Positions 1 to 8,885 of a DNA stretch of 64,000 nucleotides are shown here, piece after piece. The stretch is taken from contig DALZMP010000019.1 of the NCBI GenBank assembly GCA_032006665.1, forward strand, positions 16,518 through 80,517. The letters run 5' to 3'. How positions within the stretch are numbered: the first letter of the stretch is position 1; the number at the start of each line of letters is the position of its first letter. Origin of the DNA: Sedimentibacter sp. GTDB taxonomy: Bacteria > Bacillota > Clostridia > Tissierellales > Sedimentibacteraceae. A program made the translations under genes and the position numbers. The notes under the pieces were generated by a model. The model saw only the letters and a list, made by a program, of their open reading frames with translations. It made no database searches and was not told where the DNA came from.

Positions 1-2
1 AT

Positions 3-512
3 AGTGCAGCAATTCCTAAAAATAATTTGTTTTTCTTTTCAGGAAGCAGTTCCTTGCTGACTGAAGGAGAAATAAAGATTTTGAAAGAAAAGGACATATT
101 TGATTACATTATCCTGGATTCAAAATATGAAATAGATGGACAACTGTTAGACTATAATATAACAGTTATAAATCCAAATATGCCTGAGTATGAAACAGTA
201 ACTAAAGAAAAAGAATCAGTTATGGGAATTAGGTTCATAGGAGAAACTTTTAAATATATTATGGTAATTAATCGGTATTCGGAAAATACGGAGTTTAAAA
301 TCAATGCTAAAGACTTTAAACTCTTTTTTTGTCCGGAGATAATTAACTTTACAAACGGCTATAAACTAAAGCTTCCGGAAGTTAACGAAAAAGAAGTAGA
401 AAGAATTATAGAAGTAATCACAGGTGAAAAGTATGAGAAAAGTGTCAAATCAAAATTTAGAATGTTTGGAGGGCATAGTGGAATACAAGGAAATAGAAAA
501 CTACACGTATGA
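3..512 (+). CDS. 5'-truncated protein directly upstream of the Tad ATPase (possibly CpaE/TadZ-like C-terminus)
   Basis: Frame is open from base 3; overlaps the start of tadA; product inferred from position only. Confidence 0.45.
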   Translation, partial: SAAIPKNNLFFFSGSSSLLTEGEIKILKEKDIFDYIILDSKYEIDGQLLDYNITVINPNMPEYETVTKEKESVMGIRFIGETFKYIMVINRYSENTEFKINAKDFKLFFCPEIINFTNGYKLKLPEVNEKEVERIIEVITGEKYEKSVKSKFRMFGGHSGIQGNRKLHV

Positions 513-1779
513 AAGGATTAAAAATAAAGAATTTAATTCAAAAGGATTAAGTGATATTCACACGCAAATGTTGATAAAGTGTTCTAGCGGTGACATTGCT
601 GCAAAGAAATATATCATGACCATGATTGACAATATATTAACTGAAATTAATATTCCTAAAGAGGAAATAAAGCAGCAAGTTGCAAATAAAATTTTCTCTG
701 AAAAATGGGGGTTAAAATTACTCGATAAATATAATTTGAATGATGTTGATGAGATAATAGTGATAGGTAAAAAAATATTATTAAAAAAGCAAGGGGATAT
801 AATTGAGGTTGATGAACAATTTAACGACCTTGCAGAGGTTATCAGCATAATGCGTAGAAGTACTGAATTTGACAAAACGAAGGATATAAATGAATTAAAC
901 CCTTCTGTAACAGCAGAGAGATATGATGGAGCAAGAATACAAATTACTATACCGCCATTGTCAAGATATCCTGTTCAAAACATTCGTAAGTTTGACAGTT
1001 TTATTCCTACAACACAAAACATGCTGAAAAGCGGCACATTCACAGATAAAGAAATCGAAATAATATCAACTCTTGTAAAGGGTCGTGCTAATATATTGGT
1101 TATAGGAGAACCTGAGTCCGGTAAAACTACAACTATAAAATGGTTAATCAATTACTTGCATAAAAAATTAATTATTGGCCTGCTAGAAAATGACTTTGAA
1201 ATGAATCCTGAAAAACTATATCCTAATAAATATTTTATATCCTTAAGAAAGAGAGACAACTATTCTTTAGGCGATTTATTTACTATTCTATTACAGAAAA
1301 GCATAAATTTAGTGATTGTTACAGAAGCTTTAGGCAGTGAGGCTGAAGTATTGATAAGAGCTATGACAAGAGGTCTTGATGGTAGTATGGGGACTGCACA
1401 TATTACAAGTGCAGACAGTGTTCCGGATGCACTAACATATATGACTATGGAAGGTGTGGGTAACATCCCTTTTGCTGCAAAAAGAAATCAAATAGCTGAT
1501 GCAATAGATATAGTTATAGAAATGAGAAAATTGCCTGAAAACAAAGAAGGTAAGATGAAAAAGATTAGTGGAGGTATTTATGAGATTATAGCTAAGGGTG
1601 AAAATCAACGTCATGAGACAGCTTCTCTTTCACGGTTAATAATTGATGGTGAAAATCCTCAAAGTAGTGATAAGAGAACATATGAAAATACAATATCACA
1701 AAAATTAAGAAATAAGCTTAATGCTAATGGAGTAAAGATGAGCGAAATAAGAAGGGTCTTTGGTGATGAATGTGTATAA
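478..1779 (+). CDS. tadA: CpaF/TadA-family pilus assembly ATPase
   Basis: Walker A GEPESGKT, DGARIQITIPPLS, IRKF, GSMGTAH, IADAIDIVI; GGAGG precedes in-frame GTG at 478. Confidence 0.9.
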   Translation: MEYKEIENYTYERIKNKEFNSKGLSDIHTQMLIKCSSGDIAAKKYIMTMIDNILTEINIPKEEIKQQVANKIFSEKWGLKLLDKYNLNDVDEIIVIGKKILLKKQGDIIEVDEQFNDLAEVISIMRRSTEFDKTKDINELNPSVTAERYDGARIQITIPPLSRYPVQNIRKFDSFIPTTQNMLKSGTFTDKEIEIISTLVKGRANILVIGEPESGKTTTIKWLINYLHKKLIIGLLENDFEMNPEKLYPNKYFISLRKRDNYSLGDLFTILLQKSINLVIVTEALGSEAEVLIRAMTRGLDGSMGTAHITSADSVPDALTYMTMEGVGNIPFAAKRNQIADAIDIVIEMRKLPENKEGKMKKISGGIYEIIAKGENQRHETASLSRLIIDGENPQSSDKRTYENTISQKLRNKLNANGVKMSEIRRVFGDECV

Positions 1780-2692
1780 AATAATTCTGATAGTGGCAAT
1801 TATTTGCATTGTTATAAGTTTCGCTAAAAGACCAAGAAAAATGAAGCTTAAAAACTTCACCCAAATGAATAGAGAGCATATTTTACTTTCTAAGCTAAAC
1901 AAATTAATTAGTAGAAATAAGTATTTCTGCAAGTCAAAAGAAAAGTACATTTCTAAGCTTCGGATGATCAATTTTAAGTTTTATGAACATAACAATGAAT
2001 TAATACTTAAGTACCTGGTATTTGATGCTGCTATATCAATTTTGTTGCTTGTAACTTTATCAAGAATAATTACAATGTGGTATGCGGTAATAACCATATC
2101 ATTTGCAGTTTTCTATTTAATTATTTTTTTAGGAATCAGCCATATCGAAAGCAAAATAAACAAAATACACAGCCAATTTCCTACTGGATTACAGTGCTTC
2201 CTGGATGAGTACATAATTCACAAAAATATTAAAAATGCGGTAGACAGCTCCTATGGTAAAATGCCAGATGCAGTAGGAAGAATCTTTGAAATGCTTGCAA
2301 GAGAACTTTCAGGAGAAAAAAACCCGAAAATTGCAATTACAAAATTTGCAAATGAACTATCATATGTGTGGGGGTATTGCTTTTCAGAAATACTTATAAT
2401 GAGTCTGGAAGGAGCGGGGGATATAACAGATGACCTTATTACTCTCAACAGCATGGTTTCGGAAGAGATAACAACGTCTGAAGAAGAAAAATCAAGTCGA
2501 TTTGGTAATAAAATGACTTTTATTATAATTTATGCTTTTGCTCTGACAGGTGTAATAATAAATCTGTTTATAAACAACTTGGCAGGATATTTATATTTTT
2601 ATACCAGTATGGGAAATAGTCTTATAGCTGTTTGGCTGATTGTGCTGATTGCAGGAATAACAATTATTTCTATATCCGAGAAAGGAAGGTAA
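1760..2692 (+). CDS. tadB: TadB-like pilus platform membrane protein
   Basis: Multi-TM, QFPTGL T2SSF-like segment, follows tadA. Confidence 0.75.
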   Translation: MVMNVYKIILIVAIICIVISFAKRPRKMKLKNFTQMNREHILLSKLNKLISRNKYFCKSKEKYISKLRMINFKFYEHNNELILKYLVFDAAISILLLVTLSRIITMWYAVITISFAVFYLIIFLGISHIESKINKIHSQFPTGLQCFLDEYIIHKNIKNAVDSSYGKMPDAVGRIFEMLARELSGEKNPKIAITKFANELSYVWGYCFSEILIMSLEGAGDITDDLITLNSMVSEEITTSEEEKSSRFGNKMTFIIIYAFALTGVIINLFINNLAGYLYFYTSMGNSLIAVWLIVLIAGITIISISEKGR

Positions 2693-2696
2693 AATA

Positions 2697-3599
2697 ATGT
2701 ATATAATACTTGTTTTATTGGTGGTGCTTATAATAATTATGTGTATGCCGTATAAGAAAAAGCTTAGACACAGGAATGACGTGAAGCTAATAGACAGACT
2801 AAATAGCAAGATGTCAAAGCTGCACTACAAAAAAGACAGCAAAAATTATAAGAAATTGCAGCAGAAAATAATAAATGCAGGATTAACAATAAATCCGGAA
2901 ATATACCAGACTGTAAGATTAATATTGCCGATTGTCTGCATAGTAATTTACATACTTTTAAAGGTAATAAATTTCATTAACCTTCAGGTAAACATAGAAG
3001 ATCTCACAGAAGCAGCGAAAGTATTAAACGACGAATCAATTTTGAACATAAGTTTTAATGTAAACTTATTAATTACTCTTTTTATTTTCTTTATGTCAAT
3101 GTTGCTTCCTACCTTAATACTTTTTTTTATAGGAAAAATAAGAGTGGGAATAAGCAAAAGAGAAGCATTAATATTACAGACGTATACAATTATGCTTCTT
3201 AAAACAACCAAGCCTGTAAAGCAAATACTTATATCATTATATGAAAGGGCAGATTACTTCAAGCCGCTTTTGAAAACAGCAAGCGAAAAATTCTCTACAG
3301 ACCAGAAAGGAACTCTTTCGGAAATGAAAAACTCTGCATCGCAAAAGAGTGATTTTTTTAATGTTTGTATTGCTCTTTTGCAAGCTCAGAATGGTGACAG
3401 AAAATTGAGTGTTACGTATCTGGAGAATCACAGGGATCTAGCCAGAGAAGTAAATAAACAGATAAGAATAAGAAAGCAGACAAGGAACCAAGGAATAGGC
3501 ATAATTATAATGATGATTCCTATATTTATTTGTGTAGCGATAGTGGGTTATCCTTGGCTGATTTATACGATTAGGGCAATAAGTCAAATTCCAATATAA
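2697..3599 (+). CDS. tadC: TadC-like pilus platform membrane protein
   Basis: LQQKIINAGL motif, several TM segments, follows tadB. Confidence 0.72.
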   Translation: MYIILVLLVVLIIIMCMPYKKKLRHRNDVKLIDRLNSKMSKLHYKKDSKNYKKLQQKIINAGLTINPEIYQTVRLILPIVCIVIYILLKVINFINLQVNIEDLTEAAKVLNDESILNISFNVNLLITLFIFFMSMLLPTLILFFIGKIRVGISKREALILQTYTIMLLKTTKPVKQILISLYERADYFKPLLKTASEKFSTDQKGTLSEMKNSASQKSDFFNVCIALLQAQNGDRKLSVTYLENHRDLAREVNKQIRIRKQTRNQGIGIIIMMIPIFICVAIVGYPWLIYTIRAISQIPI

Positions 3600-3604
3600 A
3601 AGTC

Positions 3605-3631
3605 AAAACAGCAAATATTTTGCTGTTTTTT
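3605..3631 (+). terminator. Intrinsic terminator after tadC
   Basis: AAAACAGCAAA-TAT-TTTGCTGTTTT plus T-run. Confidence 0.75.
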
Positions 3632-3667
3632 AATATAGATAATTTAACTAAAGGGGTGAATTAAAAT

Positions 3668-3841
3668 ATAAGAAAGAAATTAATAAATGAAAAAGGGTTT
3701 ATATCAATTGAAATTATTGCTTATATAGCTATTGCTGCAATAATAGCAAGTATAGCAATTTCAAAATTTAATGCTGCATTTACTATTAGAAATACAGCTG
3801 TAAGTAATAATTTTAATTCAACTGACACAATAATTGAATAA
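3668..3841 (+). CDS. Small prepilin (57 aa) with ATA at the start-codon position; not in ORF track
   Basis: (M)RKKLINEKG|FISIEIIAYIAIAAIIASIAISKF...: class III signal peptide with G-1, F+1, E+5; SD GGGGTG at 3653-3658; in-frame stop at 3662. Confidence 0.75.
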   Translation: MRKKLINEKGFISIEIIAYIAIAAIIASIAISKFNAAFTIRNTAVSNNFNSTDTIIE

Positions 3842-3856
3842 AGAAGGGAGAAAACT

Positions 3857-4057
3857 ATGTTAAAGAAAATAAAGAAAATATTAAAAAATCAAAAAGGATT
3901 TGTAGTAACAATTGAAACGGTTGCAATGGTAGCTGTCATTTCCTTGATAATAGTTGCCGTAGGAGTAAAGTTATATCCAATAATCATAGGCAATGACGGT
4001 CTTCTTGATAAATCAGCAGACAGAATTACTAGTGTAGAAGATGTAATGAAACCATAG
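3857..4057 (+). CDS. Flp/type IV pilin, probable major pilin
   Basis: Basic leader NQKG|FVVTIET, hydrophobic helix, 66 aa, followed by hairpin GGGAGC-GTAG-GCTCCC (4070-4085). Confidence 0.82.
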   Translation: MLKKIKKILKNQKGFVVTIETVAMVAVISLIIVAVGVKLYPIIIGNDGLLDKSADRITSVEDVMKP

Positions 4058-4105
4058 TTCAAATCAAAGGGGAGCGTAGGCTCCCTTTATAATTGGGAGA
4101 ATAAG

Positions 4106-4540
4106 ATGAAGTACATAAAAAATCAAAAGGGAGCAGTTACTACAATAGAGGTATTGGTATACTTGCCATTTATAATTTACCTGATTATTTACCTTATTAT
4201 GGGCGGTTTATTTATTATTGAAAAGAATGAACTCAGTACAATAGCTAATAAGAAGCTTGACAGAGCGGTAGTAGAGGGTCAGTTTACTGTTGAGCTAAAA
4301 GAAGGATTAAAAAATGAACTGGATTCAAAAGGTTTCAAGAAAGAAAAACTTGAGATTACCATAACTCCGGATGAAGCTGCTGACAATAATAATGAGACTT
4401 ACACTTCCAGGGGTAATGAAATAAGTATTAAAGTAATATACAAAGAGACACATGCATTCTATTATCTGAATTTTGCTATTGGAGATGAATCAACATTCTA
4501 CCCAAAAGCAAAAGTAACTGGAATGTCCGAAGAGTGGTGA
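4106..4540 (+). CDS. TadE-like minor pilin
   Basis: NQKG|AVTTIEVLVY leader plus hydrophobic helix. Confidence 0.75.
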   Translation: MKYIKNQKGAVTTIEVLVYLPFIIYLIIYLIMGGLFIIEKNELSTIANKKLDRAVVEGQFTVELKEGLKNELDSKGFKKEKLEITITPDEAADNNNETYTSRGNEISIKVIYKETHAFYYLNFAIGDESTFYPKAKVTGMSEEW

Positions 4541-4545
4541 TAACT

Positions 4546-5058
4546 ATGAAAAAGATAAATAATGAAAAAGGCAGCATTAATGTATGGTTTATTGTTATAG
4601 TATTTGTTTTTCTAGGAATAGCAATATTAGTCATGGATTTTGGAAGCTTATATATGAATAATAAAACAGTAAAAGAGAGCCTTAACAGAGCTGTTAAAGC
4701 TGCTGCTCTGGCGATAAACTCAAATGAGCAGTTAGCTGAAGGTTTTTTTTCGATAGATCCGTCCGGTGCAGAAATTAATTTTAAACAGATCCTGGCAGAA
4801 AATATAGGACTTAATGAGATAACTTTAGAGCCACTAACAACAGGCAGTCTGGTTACAGAGAAGCCGGAAATAAAAGAATTCATTGTTCAGAATACAACAC
4901 CGACAACATATTATTCGCTGGTATTAAAAAATTATTTTGATTTTAAATATCCATCTGTATTAGCAGTCATACAGGTAAAAATTAAAGGTGTTTTTGCGAG
5001 TCAAACTTTTACACTATTTAAGCTTTCGAGCAGTCAGTTGACGAGTGTATATGATTAA
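4546..5058 (+). CDS. TadG/TadE-like minor pilin
   Basis: NEKG|SI leader, TM, MDFG...LNRAVKAAA pattern. Confidence 0.72.
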   Translation: MKKINNEKGSINVWFIVIVFVFLGIAILVMDFGSLYMNNKTVKESLNRAVKAAALAINSNEQLAEGFFSIDPSGAEINFKQILAENIGLNEITLEPLTTGSLVTEKPEIKEFIVQNTTPTTYYSLVLKNYFDFKYPSVLAVIQVKIKGVFASQTFTLFKLSSSQLTSVYD

Positions 5059-5228
5059 AATATATTAAAAACACTTAATAATATAGAAATTAGGATTTAG
5101 TAAGAAATAATAGTTAACAAGGTGGAGTTTATAAACCATAATATATATTATATGGTTACAATTGACATTGCAAAATTAATTTGATAATATATAAAAGAAA
5201 TCTAATATTGTGTATAAAGGAGAACCAT

Positions 5229-6161
5229 ATGAAAAAAATGTATAAATTTATTCTAATTTTGACCATTGTATTTAATGTAATTTGTTCGAATTCAGCTTTT
5301 GCAGAATCATATTATCCACCAAATTATATTCCATCATATCCAGATTTAAGTCCTGATTACATTTCCTACACTCAAGGTGATATTATTAAATTTGAAGGTA
5401 TCTTTGATACTAAGGCAAATGAAATAGTTTGTGGACTTGCACCAATTAATACATCTGAATCTGATTTTTACACTGATGTTTTCTTTTCTTCTGTAAAAGC
5501 ACTTAAACTGGATAAGTTTTCACACATGGGTGAAGTTTCAAAAACAGAAGTTGAAATTTCGGATGATCAAATGCATATTATGCCAGGTGAATACCAATTC
5601 ATGGAGACAACAATTGTTTCATCTTTGAACACAGCGAATGTACAACCTGGTTCATATCGATTTTATGTTTTTATTTTATATGGTGGTAGTGCAAGAGTGG
5701 TACATTTCTATCAAGATGTTGAAATTTTACCTACTATAATTCCGACTACATCAACAATTTTTATTAATAATGAACAAGTTAGTTTTCAGGCATATATGAT
5801 AGACAATAATAATTATTTCAAATTACGCGATATAGCTTATGCATTAAATGGTACAAATAAACAGTTTGAAGTAACTTGGAATGACCAAAATAATTTGATT
5901 AACTTAATATCTAGTAAACCTTATAGTATCGTAGGTGGAGAAATGACAATGAACAATACGGACATTTTAACACCTAAATTGATAAATTCTAAAATGATAT
6001 TAGACTCTACTGAAAAAACACTTGCAGCGTATTTGATAGGAAACAATAATTATTTTAAACTAAGAGATATAGGTAAAATGCTAGATTTCAGCATAAAATG
6101 GGATGAAAATAGTAATTCTATTTTAATAAATACTACTGAATCTTATTCTGATGACTTATAA
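5229..6161 (+). CDS. Secreted protein with C-terminal copper-amine-oxidase-N-like (cell-surface stalk) repeats
   Basis: Signal peptide ending AFA; two AYxIxNNNYFKLRDI repeats; AAGGAG RBS before ATG 5229. Confidence 0.7.
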   Translation: MKKMYKFILILTIVFNVICSNSAFAESYYPPNYIPSYPDLSPDYISYTQGDIIKFEGIFDTKANEIVCGLAPINTSESDFYTDVFFSSVKALKLDKFSHMGEVSKTEVEISDDQMHIMPGEYQFMETTIVSSLNTANVQPGSYRFYVFILYGGSARVVHFYQDVEILPTIIPTTSTIFINNEQVSFQAYMIDNNNYFKLRDIAYALNGTNKQFEVTWNDQNNLINLISSKPYSIVGGEMTMNNTDILTPKLINSKMILDSTEKTLAAYLIGNNNYFKLRDIGKMLDFSIKWDENSNSILINTTESYSDDL

Positions 6162-6258
6162 TAATTTAAATTCCAAATAATAATTGTAAATTAACTATGA
6201 AACTTCTTTTCTAAGAATACAATATAAAATTGATAAAAAATTAATAAGACATACCTAG

Positions 6259-6288
6259 AGATGCTATAGATAATATGGCATCTTTTTT
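6259..6288 (+). terminator. Intrinsic terminator
   Basis: AGATGCTATA...TATGGCATCT followed by T-run. Confidence 0.6.
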
Positions 6289-6311
6289 ATGTTCAAAATT
6301 AGGAGAATATT

Positions 6312-6782
6312 ATGCAGATAGTAAATAATATAAGGCTGATTAAGCACAGTATAAAGGTTGCAATATTTTCATATAACTTTGCTAAAAAAATTAATCTTTC
6401 TAAAGAGCAGTGCAGAAATATTTTTATGGCAGGACTGCTACATGATATAGGAAAATTGAAATTAGATCAAAGTATTCTCAATAAAAAGAGTAAGCTTTCT
6501 GAAGAAGAATTTGAATATATAAAGTTACATGTAAATTTAGGGGTTCAAATACTAAAAAAATATAAAGTATCAGAAAGTATCTATAGAATAGTAGAGCAAC
6601 ATCATGAGTCAGAAGATGGCACAGGTTATCCAAATGGATTTAAAGGTGATTATATTTTAATAGAATCTAAAATATTAAGAACAGCTGACATTTATGATGC
6701 TTTAACATCAAATCGATCGTATAGAAAAAAATATTCAAGCCGTAAGGCAATAGAGATTATGATAAAGGAAAACAAAATATAA
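6312..6782 (+). CDS. Stand-alone HD-GYP phosphodiesterase
   Basis: HS..V, LLHDIGK, HHE.EDGTGYP, ADIYDALTSNRSY. Confidence 0.88.
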   Translation: MQIVNNIRLIKHSIKVAIFSYNFAKKINLSKEQCRNIFMAGLLHDIGKLKLDQSILNKKSKLSEEEFEYIKLHVNLGVQILKKYKVSESIYRIVEQHHESEDGTGYPNGFKGDYILIESKILRTADIYDALTSNRSYRKKYSSRKAIEIMIKENKI

Positions 6783-6847
6783 AACATGTTGACTGAAAAA
6801 AATATGGAAATGCATTGAAAAATCAATGAAAATTTAAAATATAATAC

Positions 6848-6876
6848 TTGCCAAAACAATGAAAATATGGTAAAAT
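6848..6876 (+). promoter_or_regulatory. SigA promoter of the type I toxin mRNA
   Basis: TTGCCA-17 nt-TAAAAT with extended TG. Confidence 0.7.
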
Positions 6877-6960
6877 ATATACATGAATAGGCAGTAGCAG
6901 GGTATGGTTGACGCATCCCAATGGAAGGAGGTAAAATTCTTTCAAAAGGAGTTGATGCCA

Positions 6961-7041
6961 ATGTTAACGGTGTACGAAACATTATCGTTGATGATCGCTT
7001 TCGGAATGCTGATTGTTGCATTAAACAGCATAAAAAAGTAA
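6961..7041 (+). CDS. Type I TA holin-like membrane toxin (26 aa); not in ORF track
   Basis: MLTVYETLSLMIAFGMLIVALNSIKK, AGGAG RBS; matches the 'putative holin-like toxin' peptide pattern. Confidence 0.85.
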   Translation: MLTVYETLSLMIAFGMLIVALNSIKK

Positions 7042-7126
7042 ATACCCTGCGACCACAAGGTATTTACGAGTAAAAAATTCGTCTTACAGGTCAGCCAACT
7101 TTGGTTAACTGCCTATTCTTTATCTT
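7032..7126 (-). ncRNA. Putative antisense antitoxin RNA (~95 nt)
   Basis: Minus-strand TTGATT (7156-7161)-17 nt-TACAAT (7133-7138); terminator GTAAATACC/GGTATTTAC (7038-7067) with A-run overlapping the toxin 3' end. Confidence 0.7.
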
Positions 7127-7269
7127 ATGTATATTGTATCTCAATTATACTAAAAAATCAATAGTTAAAATCAAAAATTAGAAAAATGAGATACAAATTA
7201 TATAAAGTAACAATTAAGTTTTTTAATATTACTTTTGAAATATAACAATTTGTATAGGAGGAATGGGGA

Positions 7270-8682
7270 ATGAAAAAAATAATAGCATTACTTACAGCAA
7301 TACTTGTTTTAATATTTTCTTTTTCAGCAGGCGCAGTTGAAATAAATTTTACTGATGTTAAGACAGACGATTGGTTTTATAAAAACCTTCAGGAGCTTAC
7401 GGAAAAGAATATTATCTCCGGCTATATGGACAGTACATTTAAACCAGGTAATACACTTAAATTTGAAGAATTTATAAAAATGCTTGTTGTGGCGGTTGAG
7501 AAAGAGCTTGTAAGCCAAAAAGGAGAACATGAATGGTATCAAATTTACATTGACAAAGCAATAGAGAGTAAATATATTACAGAACAGCAAAAATCGCTTA
7601 TTGGCCAAAATATAGACCGTGTTACGATGGCTGAAATTCTTTATAATGTTCTTTCAAATACTAAAGGAGTAGAGCAATTTGATACTGATAAAATTGAGTA
7701 TTTAAAAACTTTATTTTCAGATTTAACAAATGATGATATTAAAACACTTACTATAGCAGGCATGGGACTAATATGTGGTTATCCTGATGGAACATATAAA
7801 CCTAATGATAGCTTAAAGAGAAGTGAAACAGTAGCAGTTATAAGCAGGTTGATTGATAAAGAACAAAGATTACCAGTAGATTTCACGAAAATGGATGATG
7901 TGGTAGTTACACCTCCAAGTGATATAACGCTTGATGAATTACCTAAAGTTGATTTAAGTCATTTGTATGACTATCCAACACTATTAGGAAGCACAGTAAA
8001 AGAGGAAAACATATCTAATAACAAATGGGTTAATACTGATGTAATAGCAGCTGATTATACCGACTACATGGAGTTGACTCACAACAGAGACTATACAACA
8101 ATTAGTAAGAAGGCAACACAGTATAAGCAAGATTTGTTATACTATTTAAATGGATACAAAGAATATAAAGGGAAAAAATATTATTTGTTACAAAAAAATG
8201 AATTAGAATATTACACTTCTTCAAATAATCAAGAAATGATTGATTATGTTTTATCTAAAGATGACTACATAGAGTTTTTTTTAGATAAATGGGTACAAGA
8301 TACAATAGATAATAAAGTTAAGGTACAGGCTAAATTTTACACTAGTGATAAATTAGTTATAAAGGCTGATGCTGTACAAGCAGTACGAGGTACTTTAAGA
8401 TTCAAGTATGATAGTCATGATAAACCTGCTAATATAAAAGAAGAATTAGACCTAGTAGAAAGAAATATAAAAGTTAAGGGGCAGGGTATTTTAAATCTAG
8501 ATGAAAGCAAATATAACATATATATGGAATATAATGAAATACCTAATTTTCAAGTAGGTAAATGGTATGAAATTGATATGGATATAGTTGTTGCTAATAC
8601 AGCATTTACAAAGGGATTAGAAGAAAAGGCATCTCATAGTTATAGGTATATATATCCTATAGAAGTAAGAGAATTGAATTAG
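7270..8682 (+). CDS. SLH-domain cell-surface protein
   Basis: Signal peptide; FTDV..DDWF, IISGYMDSTFKP and ICGYPDGTYKP...RSE SLH motifs. Confidence 0.88.
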   Translation: MKKIIALLTAILVLIFSFSAGAVEINFTDVKTDDWFYKNLQELTEKNIISGYMDSTFKPGNTLKFEEFIKMLVVAVEKELVSQKGEHEWYQIYIDKAIESKYITEQQKSLIGQNIDRVTMAEILYNVLSNTKGVEQFDTDKIEYLKTLFSDLTNDDIKTLTIAGMGLICGYPDGTYKPNDSLKRSETVAVISRLIDKEQRLPVDFTKMDDVVVTPPSDITLDELPKVDLSHLYDYPTLLGSTVKEENISNNKWVNTDVIAADYTDYMELTHNRDYTTISKKATQYKQDLLYYLNGYKEYKGKKYYLLQKNELEYYTSSNNQEMIDYVLSKDDYIEFFLDKWVQDTIDNKVKVQAKFYTSDKLVIKADAVQAVRGTLRFKYDSHDKPANIKEELDLVERNIKVKGQGILNLDESKYNIYMEYNEIPNFQVGKWYEIDMDIVVANTAFTKGLEEKASHSYRYIYPIEVRELN

Positions 8683-8692
8683 TAATATTTTG

Positions 8693-8731
8693 AAGAGCAA
8701 TGGAATTTCACTATGAATTCGTTGCTTTTTT
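8693..8731 (+). terminator. Intrinsic terminator after the SLH gene
   Basis: AAGAGCAATGGAATT...AATTCGTTGCTTTT plus T-run. Confidence 0.6.
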
Positions 8732-8752
8732 GTATATATTTAATATGAGTAC

Positions 8753-8864
8753 TTGCAATTAAAAAGGAATGTTGATATAATTTGTTTATGTAGAAAATTC
8801 CATTATATAAAGAGTAATTAATATAGCTCTGTTATACCTATTTTTAGGTTTAGCAGAGCTTTTT
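8753..8864 (+). promoter_or_regulatory. SigA promoter followed by a terminator-like hairpin in the leader of the giant gene
   Basis: TTGCAA-17 nt-TATAAT (extended TG); hairpin AGCTCTGTTA..TAGCAGAGCT 8825-8860 plus TTTT. Confidence 0.6.
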
Positions 8865-8885
8865 GTATGCAATAAAAAAAACAAA

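Noticed and set aside
6692..7021. 109-aa minus-strand ORF
   Set aside because: Overlaps the HD-GYP end and the type I toxin locus, which explain the sequence better
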